Notes under the pieces: generated by a model
Told to the model about the DNA's origin: nothing
Seen by the model: only the letters and a program-made list of their open reading frames with translations
The model's database searches: none
In this document: positions 61,831 to 64,000 of the stretch, one piece after another
How the letters are laid out: the number at the start of each line of letters is the position of its first letter
How positions within the stretch are numbered: the first letter of the stretch is position 1
Program-made: the position numbers and the translations under genes
DNA from: Negaprion brevirostris
Lineage: Eukaryota
Direction: 5' to 3'
DNA length: 64,000 nt
Assembly (NCBI GenBank): GCA_030324005.1
Contig: JARDVH010000073.1
Coordinates: 94,957,878 to 95,021,877 of the forward strand

Positions 61831-64000
61831 AGCCCCGGTGCTTCTCTTGTTTCCAGCTCTCTATTCCTGGAACCCACCCGAAATCCAAGCCCTCAAACAT
61901 GCATGTTACTTTCTCCCCATTTCAAGATTCATAATGAAATCACCAAAGAATCACAGAAAGGTCCTAGTAAATGTTACACCCATTGTTGACATTGAGTTAT
62001 AAGTAAATCTGACATGTGCAGCATGGGTTATTAGTATTAAGAATAGCAATAATAAGCAATTAATATTAGGGGTAGTGTTAGTTTTTGTGTGCCCTACATG
62101 GACCCCACTGTAATAATTAAACATACCGGGGGGGTACAAGTTTTATCTTAACGGCATTGTGCAATATTGTTACTTTGACAGTAAAATATCCCATTAGCTA
62201 TTTATAACACTGCAAAAGACAACACTGATTGCTATGACTGGTTAACATGTTCTATACATTGCATCATACATGGTGACAGTAAATTCATCAGCAAAACTTT
62301 ACAGATACTGGAACTTTGAAATAAAAACAAAAAATGCTGGAAAAATCTACGGACGGTGACAGACTTAATGTTTCAGGTCAATTACCTTTTATTAGAAAAG
62401 GGGGAAAGATTCAAGAATATTCATAACATTTTGATTTGTGTATATTTGACTTGCTGCTTTGTAGAGAAAGGAAAAGCTGGCTCCATCTTGCAGTTGGCAC
62501 TGTTACATTGTTAGAGAATTGTAGAAGGAAGCAGGGAGAGAGGTAGCAGAGGGAGGAGTAGAGGGTATGGTCCAACTCACTCAATGCTGCCTGAACTCTT
62601 TCTTTCCTCCCTAGGCAGGAGCAGTCACTGAGGTGACTTGCTGCTTCTTTTGCTCACTAGCCTTTGTATGTCTAATGGCGTGGGTTGCATTGATTAAAGA
62701 GGGAGAGAGGTGACCCCAGCCATCCACCTAGCGTCACCCTCTCTGATTGGAAATATTCTGGGCAATGTTGATGGGGGTGATGTCACAGAAAGCCAGGGTG
62801 TAGTGCAAAGGGTTAGAAGGGAGTGTTAGAGAGGAAAACACACCAAGGCCTCTATCAAACCCACTGCAAAGGTCCATGTCACGCCAGCTAAAACTTCCTG
62901 CATAAATTCCCAGAAGTAGGCACGATAGGTTCATTTTAAAAAAAAATCAGCTCAGACTAAATCTATGTTTATAAATTTTAACCTATTTATTTGGCATTAG
63001 ATAGATGTGAACACAGGTAAAATAAATGCTCCTACAAACCTTGCAAAGATGTTACAAATCCCTCAAGAAAGTTTCCTATTGTGAATGTCCTTGTTTGCAC
63101 TACAGAGTGGGGAATAAATGCCCCATATACACAGGAAACTTAAGAATTTAACACAGCTTTGTGTAAGTTAGCAATAATGCGCAATTTCAATTACTCGCTT
63201 TGAGCTTCATCTTGTCCTAATGTGGAAGCCAGAAAAACAAGTTCCAATTCCAGATTAAAATCCCATGAAAATCAATGCTCCCCTCCATTCAAAATAAAGT
63301 CCCATTAGGATCAGCTTTTGTCCAAAAGATAAATGTCAGAATTTTACACCCTCCACCCCACGGGCGGGTCTGAGGCAAGGGGAGTGTGAAGTTACATGGA
63401 GGGGATTCCCTCTGGGTTTTCACTTGCCCCAATCTGGGAGTGATTTTATGCTGGGGTAGGCAGGGCCTGGAAGGAGAACCTCACCCTCGCCCAAATGAAA
63501 CTCTCCAGTGGCCACTTAATTGCTACTTAAGAGCCTTTTCCTGCCCAGTCTCAGTTTTTAGGCTGGTGGATGGCTGATAGCTCAGTGGGGGGAGGCCAGA
63601 TTGAGTTAGATCCCCAGTGGGAATGGGTGGTGCACCTACATCAGAAGTCCTTATCTGACAGGGGGTGCCCTTGCCTTAAGACCCAAGTGATCTGCCCCTC
63701 AAGACACTGGTTACCCATCTTGCACACTTCCAGACCTTCCCTATTTTGGGACCTTCTGAAAGTCAGTCATAGTCATCTCATGCCACAGCTCTTCCCCTTC
63801 TGAAGCAGTGGCTGTCGTTCAGGAGCTCAGGCATCTGCTCCTCCACCAAAACCATTTCAGGTTGCTGATGGAGAGGAGGGCTGTGGCTGCTGGGGTGACC
63901 AGGATGGGGCACATGCTGAATGGTGGAGCAGTGGGTTGGATGGTACCCTACAAGCTTGCCAAGCATGCGGCGATGGGTATTCAGCTCACGACCAATGCCA

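Overview
Eukaryotic, intron-rich, repeat-dense DNA with many N gaps. The repeats (HE1-type tRNA-derived SINEs, SacSINE1/Deu-like SINEs, CR1, Rex1-type and Penelope-like retroelements) point to a cartilaginous fish, probably a shark. Two spliced + strand genes can be built by hand from GT-AG junctions. (1) At 3965-~31815 is a B7-family gene whose V and C1 exons resemble B7-H6/NCR3LG1. They are followed by a transmembrane exon and then six more C1-type Ig exons, all in phase 1, giving V-C1-TM-(C1)x6 (roughly 940-950 aa without the leader, which was not found and probably lies upstream of the window). If spliced as predicted, the six C1 domains are cytosolic, and two have lost canonical cysteines. 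Skipping the symmetric TM exon would instead give a secreted, antibody-like V-(C1)x7 chain. (2) At 53513-61274 is a two-exon IFITM/CD225 gene (127 aa) with a TATA box, lacking the GxxxG motif and the third palmitoylation Cys. The rest is transposon relics, low-complexity tracts and degenerate telomere-like hexamers. All family calls come from motif recognition by eye; no searches were run.
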